A stretch of 64,000 nucleotides of DNA from an uncultured delta proteobacterium (GTDB lineage Bacteria > Desulfobacterota > Desulfobacteria > Desulfobacterales > Desulfatirhabdiaceae): NCBI GenBank assembly GCA_963789395.1, contig CAWBKP010000017.1, positions 54,612 through 118,611 of the forward strand, written 5' to 3'. Positions 1-9,578 of the stretch are shown in pieces (within the stretch, counting starts at the first letter, position 1; each line of letters begins with the position of its first letter). Made by a program: the position numbers and the translations under genes. Below the pieces are notes generated by a model, which searched no databases, was not told the DNA's origin, and saw nothing but the letters and a program-made list of their open reading frames with translations.

Positions 1-167
1 ATGGCGGAAACCGTTTCCGGCATCATCACCAGACCTGCGGCGATTTCAGCTTCCCGGGGAGTAAACAGCCGTTTGAGTATCCGGAGCTCGACGCCGGTTT
101 CGGTTGCCGGAAAACCGGCAGGAAGGTTGTCCAGATGTCGGGCAAGGTTTTTGTAAACGTCAGTCAT
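1..167 (-). CDS. 5' part of a wHTH/4Fe-4S-binding protein (runs off window edge)
   Basis: Manual translation MTDVYKNLARHLDNLPAGFPATETGVELRILKRLFTPGEAEIAAGL..., GGAG RBS upstream; resembles the N-terminus of the protein at 24701-25772. Confidence 0.75.
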   Translation of the reverse strand, partial: MTDVYKNLARHLDNLPAGFPATETGVELRILKRLFTPREAEIAAGLVMMPETVSA

Positions 168-189
168 TAAGTCTCCTATCAAACCATTC

Positions 190-1888
190 TCATGCGTTCA
201 TTTCATAAGCTTCTTTCAGAGCATGGACCTGGTCTTTCCATATTTTTTCAAAACGGTCCGAATTGACCACCGGCTTTTGAATCATTTGCAGGCAAAGATC
301 CATCTGCTTTTGCGTGCTGCTTGGCTTGGAGTAGAGCTGAAGCGCAAATTTGGAAAAATCCCTGACCATGAAATCAAAAATCTGATCGACCATATCGTTT
401 TCAACCGACTGAATGGCCGCGCTTTCAAGGATCAGCTGGCCATAAGCCACCAGGGTGAAGAGTTCGCCGACGATCAGCAGAAAATCGATGTCCTTGGCCT
501 GTTCCGCGCTGGGCGTTGCGGTTGCCAGAAAGGTTTTGAGCACGTTGATCTGGGCCTTGAAGATGTCGATGTTGGGAAGATTCAGGCTCCTGTAAGCAAT
601 CTCAAAATCATGGAACCGGATCTTCCCCAGTCCTTTGGTGGGGCCTTGATGGAACAGAAAATCGTCATTGACCGGATCCGTTCTTCTTGGAATTTCCGGA
701 AAGACATCGGGGTTAAAGAAGAAATTGGGCATGAATTTGATGATAAGTGCCATATTCACATGAACCGTGCCTTCCAGCTTCGGAAGGGCGCGAATGTCTC
801 TGGCCGCCATCTCAAAATACATGTCTTTTTCAAAGCCTTTAGCGGCAATCACGTCCCAGAGCAGGTTGATCACTTCTTCCCCTTGCGTGGTCACCTTCAT
901 CTTGACCATGGGATTGTAGAGCAGATAGCGCCGGTCCGTTGCCGAAGCGCTTCGCATATAGTCTGCGGCCCTTGCAGCAAAGAGCTTCATGGCCAGAAGG
1001 CGCGCATAGGCGTCTGTAAACAGCTGTTTGACATGCGGAAAATCCGTAACTAAATGGTTGAACAGCCTCCGGTTTGCGGCATGGCGAATGGCTTCATAGA
1101 AGGCGTGGGTGCAGATGCCGATGGAAGCCCAGCCGAGATTGAATTTGCCGACATTGATGGTGTTTAAAGACGAATCCCAGGCCTGCTGGCCCCGGGTGAG
1201 AATATCGCCATCGGTGATGGGATAGCTGTGCAGGGCGTACTGGGCCACATAATTCTGGGAATTCACCACATTTTTAACGCACTCATAATTGGGGTGCTGT
1301 GAATTTACGGCAAAAAACACGTATTCGTCACTGTCCGCCATTTTTCCGAATGTTGAAACCAGGGCGGCCTCGTTGGCGTTTCCGATATAATACTTGCCGC
1401 CGTCCGCCCGGTATTCGCCGTCTTTAATTTCGGTAAGGGTCATTTCGCTGGCATACAGGTCTGCGCCGTGTTCTTTTTCGGAAAGACCGAAGGCAAAGAT
1501 TTCGCCGTCCTTTAAGAGCTGGGCGGTTTTTTGTTTGACGGCTTCATTCTGGCCCATCCAGATCGGGCCGAGTCCCAGAATGGTAACCTGCCAGGTGTAC
1601 CAGTACGGCAGCCCATAAAACCCCAGTATCTCGCTGAAATCGCAGTTCCGGGCCGTATCCCAGCGGCAGTCTTTTCCGCCGTAGGCAGTCGGGGTCAGCA
1701 GCTGACGAAAATATCCGGTTTTCTTTTAAAAAATCCAGAAAATCCCTGTACCATACCCGCTCATGATCATCGTGTTTCAGCCGGGCCTTTCCTTTATTTT
1801 CAAAAAAAGCAATGGTCTGAAGCATGATTTGACGCGAGGGCTCGTCAAGATGTTCAAATTTTTCTGATTTTGGATTTAACAGTTTCAT
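190..1888 (-). CDS. Acyl-CoA dehydrogenase (one apparent frameshift near 1705)
   Basis: ORFs 1544-1888 and 190-1557 join through ...QLLTPTAYGGKDCRWDTARNCDFSEILGFYGL...; ACAD motifs AFGLSEKEHGAD, GGKYYIGN, LEGTVHVN. Confidence 0.88.
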
Positions 1889-1918
1889 GTAGGTCTTTAC
1901 CCCTCAGGTTGTGCCGGA

Positions 1919-2443
1919 TTATCTGCGAATGGTCACCTTGTTCATGACAACCGGCGTTACCGGACGATCCATGGGGCCGGTTTGAACCGAGCCGATTTTC
2001 CGGACAACATCCATGCCGCTGATGATTTTGCCAAAAACCGTATGGCGGTTGTTCAGGTGCGGGGTGGGGGCAAGGGTGATGAAAAACTGGCTGCCGTTGG
2101 TGCCGGGGCCTGCATTGGCCATTGACAGAACGCCTTCGCCATCGTGAATCAGGGTGGGATGGAATTCATCTTTAAACCGGTAGCCGGGCCCGCCGGTTCC
2201 GGTTCCCAGGGGGCATCCGCCTTGAATCATGAAACCTTCGATGACCCGGTGAAACGAAAGCCCATCATAAAAATTGCCTTTCCGGTCGGTTTCCTGCCGG
2301 CCTTCGGTCAGGTTGATAAAATTCCAGACAGTCTCCGGGCATTCACTTGCATAGAGTTCGGCTTCAAAATTCCCCAGCGTGGTTTCAAACACTGCGATGG
2401 GGCGTGAAATGTCTTCCTTGTGCATATTTTTGGTGATAGCCAT
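1919..2443 (-). CDS. Cyclophilin-type peptidyl-prolyl cis-trans isomerase
   Basis: FYDGLSFHRVIEGFMIQGG, LSMANAGPGTNGSQFFIT, HTVFG signature. Confidence 0.96.
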   Translation of the reverse strand: MAITKNMHKEDISRPIAVFETTLGNFEAELYASECPETVWNFINLTEGRQETDRKGNFYDGLSFHRVIEGFMIQGGCPLGTGTGGPGYRFKDEFHPTLIHDGEGVLSMANAGPGTNGSQFFITLAPTPHLNNRHTVFGKIISGMDVVRKIGSVQTGPMDRPVTPVVMNKVTIRR

Positions 2444-2709
2444 GAATTTCTCCTGATTGATTATAGATTATAGACAGAACATCTTGCTTCCGATGGTAAT
2501 TTAATGGGTTTTCCCCATAAAGGCAAGAGGGGAAAGTCGACTTCAGATCAAACTTAATGATGGCATACACGTGTTTCCGGTGCCGGCTTTAAGAATAATC
2601 CGGCAAGAAAAAAGATTTTTTTATTGTTTCATTGATTGATTAACGATATGGATCCAGGTGAAATATAGTCCTAATCTGCTGAATTCAAGGCCATTGGGGG
2701 CTTATTACA

Positions 2710-4707
2710 ATGAAAAGCCATCATGACACTGTCCTGCCCGCCGAGATGGCGGATCCCGATTCAATGGATGTCAATCCATTCACCCTGGCATTTGCAAGCG
2801 ATCTTGAAGCGCAGTTTCAAGTCGACTACTACAACAAATCATTGCCGCTGGTTCGACTGTCTCTGGTTGCGGGCATTGTTTTATACGGTCTGTTCGGCAT
2901 ACTGGACTCCGAGCTCATTCCTTCCATGAAGGAAATTCTCTGGACGATCCGATTTGCAGTGATCTGCCCATTTTTGATGGGTCTGATCGGGCTCTCCTAT
3001 TCATCTCAATTCAGCAGATACTTCCAAATGGCCATGTGTACGGGAATGGTGATATCCGGCGTGGGCATCATCATCATGATTTCGATAATTCCTTCGCCAG
3101 TGAATAACTTCTATTATGCGGGCCTGATCCTGATTTTTATATGGGGGTATACCTTTACCAGGGTACGTTTTGTCTGGGCTACGGTGGCCGGCTGGATTAT
3201 TGTGGCATTGTATGAAATTGTCGCCATCTGGATCAATGATACGCCGCGGCCGGTATTGATCAGTAACAATTTTTTCTTCATAAGCGCCAATTTTGCCGGC
3301 ATGCTCTCCAGTTACTATATCGAATATTACTGCCGCAGGGATTTTTATCTTGCGTTTCTGCTGGAGCGGGAACAGGAAAATATCGCTGCCGCCAATCGTG
3401 CACTTGAAAGAATTGTTGCGGAGCGGACTGCCGAGTTAAGCGAAACCAACCGGAATTTGCGCCAGGAGATTGCAGAAAAAAGACAGGCTGAAGAAAAAAA
3501 GGCGGAACTTGAGAATCAGCTCCAGCATGCTCAAAAAATGGAAGCCATCGGCACCCTTGCAGGAGGTATTGCACATGATTTCAATAATTTACTTATGTCA
3601 ATTCAGGGCTATACATCGCTGATGCTTATGGATTCCGGTGTCAGCCAGATCCAACGTGACAAGCTGAAGCATATCGAGCAATCGGTTCACAGGGGTTCGG
3701 AGCTGACCAAGCAATTGCTGGGTTTTGCACGTGGAGGAAAATATGAAGTCAGGCCCACCAATATCAATGAACTTGTCGATAAGAGTTCCCAGCTCTTCGG
3801 GCGCACGAAAAAGGAAATATCAATTACCAGCAGATATGATCCGAATATCTGGATTGTAGAAGTTGATCAGGGGCAAATTGAGCGCGTGATGTTGAATCTG
3901 TATCTCAACGCATTGCAGGCAATGCCGGCAGGAGGGCGTCTGTTGCTTGAAACCAGTAATGTCGTTCTTGATAATGATTCGGCGAGTAGGTGCCGCATGG
4001 TGCCTGGAAAATATGTAAAAATCAGCGTTTCAGATACGGGAATCGGTATGGATGAGCGGACAAGGGAAAGGGTTTTTGAGCCGTTTTTCACCACCAAGGA
4101 AATGGGAAGGGGCACAGGCCTTGGGTTGGCGTCCGCCTATGGTATCGTGAAATCCCATGGCGGACTGATTGATGTTGAAAGCCGGGTCGGGCAGGGTTCA
4201 ACCTTCAATATTTATTTGCCTGCTTCAGAGAAGACGGCGGTCAGTGAAATCTCGACATCTGCGGCACTGCTCAAGGGCGATGAAACCATTCTTCTCGTAG
4301 ATGACGAAGAACCGGTACTTGATGTGGGAATCGAGATACTTCAATGGCTGGGTTATACGGTTTTTCCTGCGCGATGCGGAAAGGAAGCCATATCCATACT
4401 GAAGGGAAGTAACGTTAAAATCGACCTGGTAATTCTGGATATGATCATGCCTGAGATGGGCGGTGGTAAAACCTTTGATGCGATAAAACAGTTGTGTCCC
4501 GGGCAGAAGGTCCTGCTTTCCAGCGGCTACAGCATATCCGGCGAGGCCAGACAGATCCTGGGCCGGGGATGTAACGGATTTATCCAAAAACCTTTTGGTA
4601 TCGAGACACTTTCCTGTAAAATTCGGGAAATACTGGATTCCGTTTCATCATCATCAGCAGCAGCAGATTGCGCTGCCGGATCCAATGAAAAGGATCTGCG
4701 GGAATGA
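2710..4707 (+). CDS. Membrane-bound hybrid sensor histidine kinase (about 6 TM, HisKA, HATPase, REC)
   Basis: Hydrophobic N-terminal helices; [10 protein letters not shown]-box, [20 protein letters not shown]-terminal receiver LLVDDE...DMIMP...FIQKP. Confidence 0.95.
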   Translation: MKSHHDTVLPAEMADPDSMDVNPFTLAFASDLEAQFQVDYYNKSLPLVRLSLVAGIVLYGLFGILDSELIPSMKEILWTIRFAVICPFLMGLIGLSYSSQFSRYFQMAMCTGMVISGVGIIIMISIIPSPVNNFYYAGLILIFIWGYTFTRVRFVWATVAGWIIVALYEIVAIWINDTPRPVLISNNFFFISANFAGMLSSYYIEYYCRRDFYLAFLLEREQENIAAANRALERIVAERTAELSETNRNLRQEIAEKRQAEEKKAELENQLQHAQKMEAIGTLAGGIAHDFNNLLMSIQGYTSLMLMDSGVSQIQRDKLKHIEQSVHRGSELTKQLLGFARGGKYEVRPTNINELVDKSSQLFGRTKKEISITSRYDPNIWIVEVDQGQIERVMLNLYLNALQAMPAGGRLLLETSNVVLDNDSASRCRMVPGKYVKISVSDTGIGMDERTRERVFEPFFTTKEMGRGTGLGLASAYGIVKSHGGLIDVESRVGQGSTFNIYLPASEKTAVSEISTSAALLKGDETILLVDDEEPVLDVGIEILQWLGYTVFPARCGKEAISILKGSNVKIDLVILDMIMPEMGGGKTFDAIKQLCPGQKVLLSSGYSISGEARQILGRGCNGFIQKPFGIETLSCKIREILDSVSSSSAAADCAAGSNEKDLRE

Positions 4708-5813
4708 ATATCGCAAAAGCGTTTAAAGAGCATTTCGAAGAGCTTCAGGAAAGACATGTGCTGCTTAGAGAGCAACTTAACGTCTGCTCTGCCACCGGAG
4801 AAGAACTTGAAAGCATTTTGTCCGCGGAAATTCAAAAATATGAGGGGTGGCGCCATGCGCTGATGGATCAATTGGGGCAGATCTCTTCCGATTTTAATCA
4901 GAAAGACAAAAATCTCCATAAAGCATATGTTCGTCAAACGACTTATCATCAAATCGTCCAGGAAGCTCCCTTTTATTGGCGAATCATCAATAAGCCCAAT
5001 GGATATGCAGGCGATGCCTTTTTGATGGACTTCATCTACCGGAATCGGTTCGAAGGAAAAACGCCATTTGGAAAAATGCTGCATAAAAACGCTTTGGCCA
5101 GCAAGGCTTGTCAGGCTGTCAGAAACCGAAAGGCTTTTTTGAAAGAACAGATTTTGAAAACTGGATCCGGCAAAGTACTCAGTTTGGCTGCAGGTTCCGC
5201 AGAAGAGATCAGAGAAATCCTGAACGGATCTGCTGGGGAAAAATTCTATTTTCATGCCCTGGATCATGATATGGACACCATGACCGCTTTTCAGGAAATG
5301 CCGAAGAAGGGGCGGTTCGAATATTTTCTGGCAAATGCATTTCAAATAACCTCCAAAGCATACAATCTGGCCAGCCCCAGACCCATGTTTTCGTCATACT
5401 GTCATCCGAGAAGGGATTTTCGGGGGTGGCGGCGTCTTTTTATCCATATGAAATACAAACTGGATTCTTTAAAGATCGAGGACTATGACCTTATTTACAG
5501 CGCGGGACTCTACGATTATGTCAAAACATTTATGTTGAACGCTTCCAGGGGAACCATTGCCCTGACCCGTAATCTGTTCGTCGATCTGTTAAAACCGGGC
5601 GGAATGCTCATCGTCGGGAACTTCAGCCACAATAACCCCAGGGACGTTCGTTTTGCCATGGAGTATATTTATGATTGGAATTTGATCTACCGCAGTAAAG
5701 ATGAGATATTCGATTTTGTCAGGGATATACCCAAAAAACAGATTCAGGAGATGGAGTTGTTGGAAGAGCCTCTGGGAATTAATTATTTTTTAAAAGTCGT
5801 CAAGAAGGGATGA
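4704..5813 (+). CDS. Class I SAM-dependent methyltransferase, PhcB-like family
   Basis: KPNGYAGDAFLMDFIY, VLSLAAGSAEE, YDLIYSAGLYDY, LKPGGMLIVGNF...MEYIYDWNLIYR; ATGA overlap with the kinase stop. Confidence 0.8.
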   Translation: MNIAKAFKEHFEELQERHVLLREQLNVCSATGEELESILSAEIQKYEGWRHALMDQLGQISSDFNQKDKNLHKAYVRQTTYHQIVQEAPFYWRIINKPNGYAGDAFLMDFIYRNRFEGKTPFGKMLHKNALASKACQAVRNRKAFLKEQILKTGSGKVLSLAAGSAEEIREILNGSAGEKFYFHALDHDMDTMTAFQEMPKKGRFEYFLANAFQITSKAYNLASPRPMFSSYCHPRRDFRGWRRLFIHMKYKLDSLKIEDYDLIYSAGLYDYVKTFMLNASRGTIALTRNLFVDLLKPGGMLIVGNFSHNNPRDVRFAMEYIYDWNLIYRSKDEIFDFVRDIPKKQIQEMELLEEPLGINYFLKVVKKG

Positions 5814-5838
5814 ATACCAGGCTTTTCGACCCCGTTGT

Positions 5839-6246
5839 TCAGACCCATCCTGGAGTTTGGATCGGTCCGGTCTGCCCGTAGGGAATGTAACATTTGATAT
5901 CGATCAGCGGAGAGCCATCGCGGGCGTCCATATCTTCTACTTCGATGATCGTGTCCTGAATGGACAAGATGCGGCAGAGGGTCAGGGCAATGAGATTGGG
6001 CCGCATGGGCGAATGCGTGGCAAAGACGCCGGTTATGGGATTGCTCGGATCTTTTCGGGGGTGCACCTGAAGGGTGCCGCGCAACGCCGGGGTATCGTTT
6101 TCATGAAACCAGTACATGACATGGATGTGTGAAAATCCTTCCAGACCCAAAAGGGCATCTTTGTAGCAGGGGTCGATTTCCATCCAAGTTCTCTCACCGT
6201 CTTTTCGAATGACGCCGATGGGCTTGACAGTATAGGTATTTTCCAT
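5839..6246 (-). CDS. tsaA: TrmO/TsaA-like tRNA (t6A37) N6-methyltransferase, single-domain form
   Basis: PIGVI, LEGFSHIHVMYWFH, GVFATHSPMRPNLI, DGSPLIDIK motifs; ATG with GGAG RBS at 6246. Confidence 0.85.
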   Translation of the reverse strand: MENTYTVKPIGVIRKDGERTWMEIDPCYKDALLGLEGFSHIHVMYWFHENDTPALRGTLQVHPRKDPSNPITGVFATHSPMRPNLIALTLCRILSIQDTIIEVEDMDARDGSPLIDIKCYIPYGQTGPIQTPGWV

Positions 6247-6431
6247 TTTGCACTCCTGGTGAGGGGTTTGCTGAGTCATTTTAACTGTCTTGTCTTCTTA
6301 TATCCGTTATTTCTTGGGATCAACATAAAATATCCCGCTATCTTTCAATCCTTGAAATCCGGGTGTTGTGCCCGGCAAAAAAGATAACAATGATTTTTCA
6401 ACTTAAAAATCGCATCTGAAAACAAATAAAC

Positions 6432-7332
6432 ATGAAACTTCGGGCGGCAATTATTATTTTTGATTTTGTTCATGATTTCCTGTATTCATGACCAAAGCTG
6501 GCTGGACAACAAGCCAATCCGGAACGGTGCAGGAAGCTTTATCTTCAGAGACAGGAAGGGCAATCCGGAAAAACCGGTGACTGTATGGTATTATCAGCCA
6601 TCAGGCCTTTCTTCCGAGTCACCGCTGGTATTTGTCATGCACGATGCCAAGCGGGACGCGCAGCTGTATCGGGACGAATGGGCGGAATATGCCGAGCATG
6701 CAGGCTTTCTGCTGATTGTGCCGGAATTTTCTCATAAGTATTATCCCGGTATAAGAGAATATAACGAAGGCAACCTCTTTGATAAAAAGGGAAACCCCAT
6801 TCCGGAAAATGACCGCGCTTTCACGGTAATTGAGCATTTGTTTGACTTTGTTAAGGAGGCGACGCAGAATCGGAATCTGTCGTACGATATTTATGGCCAT
6901 TCCGCAGGCGGGCAGTTTGTTCAGCGGATGATTCTGTTCAAGACGGATGCCCGCATTCGAACAGCCATTGCAGCAAATCCGGGCGTATATGCAATGGCGA
7001 GCTTTTCTGAAAAATATCCCTACGGCATCAGAAACTCAGGTGTGATTCCTGAAGAACTGAGGGCTGCATTCAAAAGGAAGTTTATCCTGCTACTTGGTGA
7101 AAAGGATGTGGTGGCGGACGATGCGTGTCCTGCCAGTTCGCCTGAAGTCCGGGCGCAGGGAGATTCCTGTTTTGAACGGGGAATGAATTTTTATGCTTCT
7201 GCAAAACATGAAGCATCCCGGCTGGGCATGATATTTAACTGGCAATTGAAAATACTTCCCGGCGCAGCCCACCAGGATGCGCAATTGGCGCAAACTGCGC
7301 AACAGCTGTTTTTTCCCGTGGGAAAGGATTGA
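6432..7332 (+). CDS. Exported alpha/beta-hydrolase (esterase-like), probable lipoprotein; probable extra T near 6457
   Basis: GHSAGG nucleophile elbow, LLGEKD, PGAAH; removing one T from the run at 6457-6461 gives signal peptide MKLRAAIIILILFMISC. Confidence 0.8.
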
Positions 7333-7427
7333 TAACACAGCAGGCTTTAAGTCCTTTAGCGCAAGGAGCGTCCGGATATGCTATCATAAGATTGTGAAGG
7401 CAAATCGGAATAAGGAGACAGGATAAG

Positions 7428-7565
7428 ATGAAAAAGATGATCTGGATAATTTTGGCGATTGCCATTGGATTCAGCGGCTGTCTGAGTTTTGCGCCGGCAG
7501 GCCCGAATGAAAATCGATCCTGGGACGGTCTCCATGATCCGAACCTGAGAAGGGGGAATCATTAG
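7428..7565 (+). CDS. Small (45 aa) predicted lipoprotein
   Basis: AAGGAG RBS; MKKMIWIILAIAIGFSGC lipobox then LSFAPAGPNENRSWDGLHDPNLRRGNH*; below the ORF-track cutoff. Confidence 0.6.
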   Translation: MKKMIWIILAIAIGFSGCLSFAPAGPNENRSWDGLHDPNLRRGNH

Positions 7566-7631
7566 CCGACGGGAATGCCGGCAGTTCGACAGCCAGACGG
7601 ACAAATTCCATCCGGAGTCTGCCCGGGGGCT

Positions 7632-8429
7632 TTATCCGGATGCCACCAGCAGACAGAATATTCCTGCCGCAAGTATCATGCGATACCAGCCAAAGACAAT
7701 GAAAGTGTGGGTTTGAATGTAGTTCAGAAGCCATTTGACCGTGATAAACGAAATCATCGCGGACACGATAAATCCAAGCAGCAGCAACCCCCAGTTTTCA
7801 TGAGCAGCGCCGGGCTGCAAATGGCGCAGTGCCTGAAAAATCTTTAGACCACCGGCAGCCAGCATGGTCGGAATGCCGACAAGAAAGGAAAACTCCGTAG
7901 CAGCCGGCCGGCTCAGGCCCGTCATCAGCATCAGCAGAATGGTTACGCCTGAACGGGATGCTCCCGGAAACACGGCTGCTACCAACTGCCCGATGCCCAC
8001 AAGCACCGCGACGGCCCAGGTAACCGATCCCTTCGGTCTTTTTCCGCGCAGCCATTTTTCTATGATCAGAAATCCGATTCCGCCTATCAGCATTGCCCAG
8101 GCAACCGGCCCGAGTTTTTCCGGCAGTTTGAATCCGGCCTTTGTCAACAGGAGGCCACCGATGCCGGTGATGACGAATGCGGTCAGAATCTTGAATGCAT
8201 AATCCCGGGTGGATTTTCGCCGCCACTGAAATGCAAATTGATGCAGGCGCTCGGGAAAGAGCGGCAGAACGGCAATGACAGCGCCGCTTTGAATAACGAT
8301 GTTGAACAGATCGCTCTGACGTGGCAACCAGTGCTCAGCGATGAGCAGGTGGGCAGTCGAGGATATCGGCAGAAACTCTGTGATCCCCTCGATAATTCCG
8401 AGGATAATGATGGCAACCCATTCTGGCAT
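7632..8429 (-). CDS. uppP: Undecaprenyl-diphosphate phosphatase
   Basis: GIIEGITEFLPISSTAH and PGASRSG BacA motifs; ATEFSFLVGIP. Confidence 0.95.
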   Translation of the reverse strand: MPEWVAIIILGIIEGITEFLPISSTAHLLIAEHWLPRQSDLFNIVIQSGAVIAVLPLFPERLHQFAFQWRRKSTRDYAFKILTAFVITGIGGLLLTKAGFKLPEKLGPVAWAMLIGGIGFLIIEKWLRGKRPKGSVTWAVAVLVGIGQLVAAVFPGASRSGVTILLMLMTGLSRPAATEFSFLVGIPTMLAAGGLKIFQALRHLQPGAAHENWGLLLLGFIVSAMISFITVKWLLNYIQTHTFIVFGWYRMILAAGIFCLLVASG

Positions 8430-8541
8430 GCATGCCTTAAACCCGATTATCGTAAGCTTGTCAAGAAACAAAATAATCCTGGCGTAAGTTTTGTATTACT
8501 GAGAGGCAAGGTCTTCAGGGGAGTGGCCGGAGACGGGCTTT

Positions 8542-9480
8542 TTATCTGCCGGTGTACCGGATGGCATGAATACCATGGGCAAGGTCATCGGCCAGTTCCG
8601 TCAAGAGCCGCACCTCCTCTGTTCCAAATGTGCCGGGTTTTTCGGCATATAGGCTAAGGGCGCCAAGAATCCGCTCTTTTGCTGAAAGCGGCAGGGATAT
8701 CATGGATGCATACCCATGCCGGGTTGCATCTGCCTGCAAGGGGGCAAACTGGGGGTCACCAAAAACATCGTCGATGATGGCCGGGTGCCTGTTTCGAATG
8801 GCTCTGACTTGCGGGCTGCATGCTGTTTCCGCCCTGGATTCGGGAACGGTATGCTGGATTTCATTCTGGCACTTGGTCTGGTTTCTGGCCACTGCTGCCA
8901 GAGTCACGGTTCCGTGGGCGCCATTTTCGGCATAACCGACCCGGGCCATTCGGTATGCACCGATGTCGACAAGGATTTGGCAAATTTTCTGATTCAGTTG
9001 CGTTTCATCGATTTCACGAATTATCTCATGGCGGCAGGCGGAAATGGCGGACAGCGTGCGGTTGAGGTTTTCCAATCGCTCATGCATCCCTTTTTGACGA
9101 TCCATCATGCCATTGATTGCAGTTGCCAGCGCTGCGAATTCTTTTCCGGAGGGAATCTGAATCCGAGATCCCGGATCTCCCCGGCGGATCTTATAGATGG
9201 AATTCTGAATGAAAAGAACGGGATATAGAACCCGGCGCAAAATCATCCACTGGAAGACAAGCCCAGTGACAGCGGTAAAGATCGTCGCACACCATATCAG
9301 GGTTTCAACCTGAACAAGGTTTTCTCGAAAAACACCCCCGTTTCCGATTGGATCAGTATTTTCAGAAGTAATTTGCTGGAGTTGCTCCAGGGGAACAGCT
9401 GCTGTCCATAAAAGCATGAGAAACAGCAATATATGCAGTAACATCACCAGAACAGACTGGAGGCGGAGGGATTTCTTCAT
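8542..9480 (-). CDS. Two-TM HAMP + GAF domain protein without output domain
   Basis: Two hydrophobic segments, HAMP-like EFAALATAINGM, GAF motifs SMISLPL, ILGALSLYA, EEVRLLTELADDLA, then stop. Confidence 0.8.
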   Translation of the reverse strand: MKKSLRLQSVLVMLLHILLFLMLLWTAAVPLEQLQQITSENTDPIGNGGVFRENLVQVETLIWCATIFTAVTGLVFQWMILRRVLYPVLFIQNSIYKIRRGDPGSRIQIPSGKEFAALATAINGMMDRQKGMHERLENLNRTLSAISACRHEIIREIDETQLNQKICQILVDIGAYRMARVGYAENGAHGTVTLAAVARNQTKCQNEIQHTVPESRAETACSPQVRAIRNRHPAIIDDVFGDPQFAPLQADATRHGYASMISLPLSAKERILGALSLYAEKPGTFGTEEVRLLTELADDLAHGIHAIRYTGR

Positions 9481-9578
9481 GGAAAATCCTTGTCCGTGAC
9501 GGATAAAACCCGGCATGCCTGAAGGCAAGCGCATCAACGCTTGCTTCCAGGCTGATAGCGATAAATTCAATCTCTTTC

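Noticed and set aside
7235..7734. Short minus-strand ORFs between the hydrolase and uppP
   Set aside because: No RBS or motifs; the plus-strand lipoprotein ORF explains the region better.
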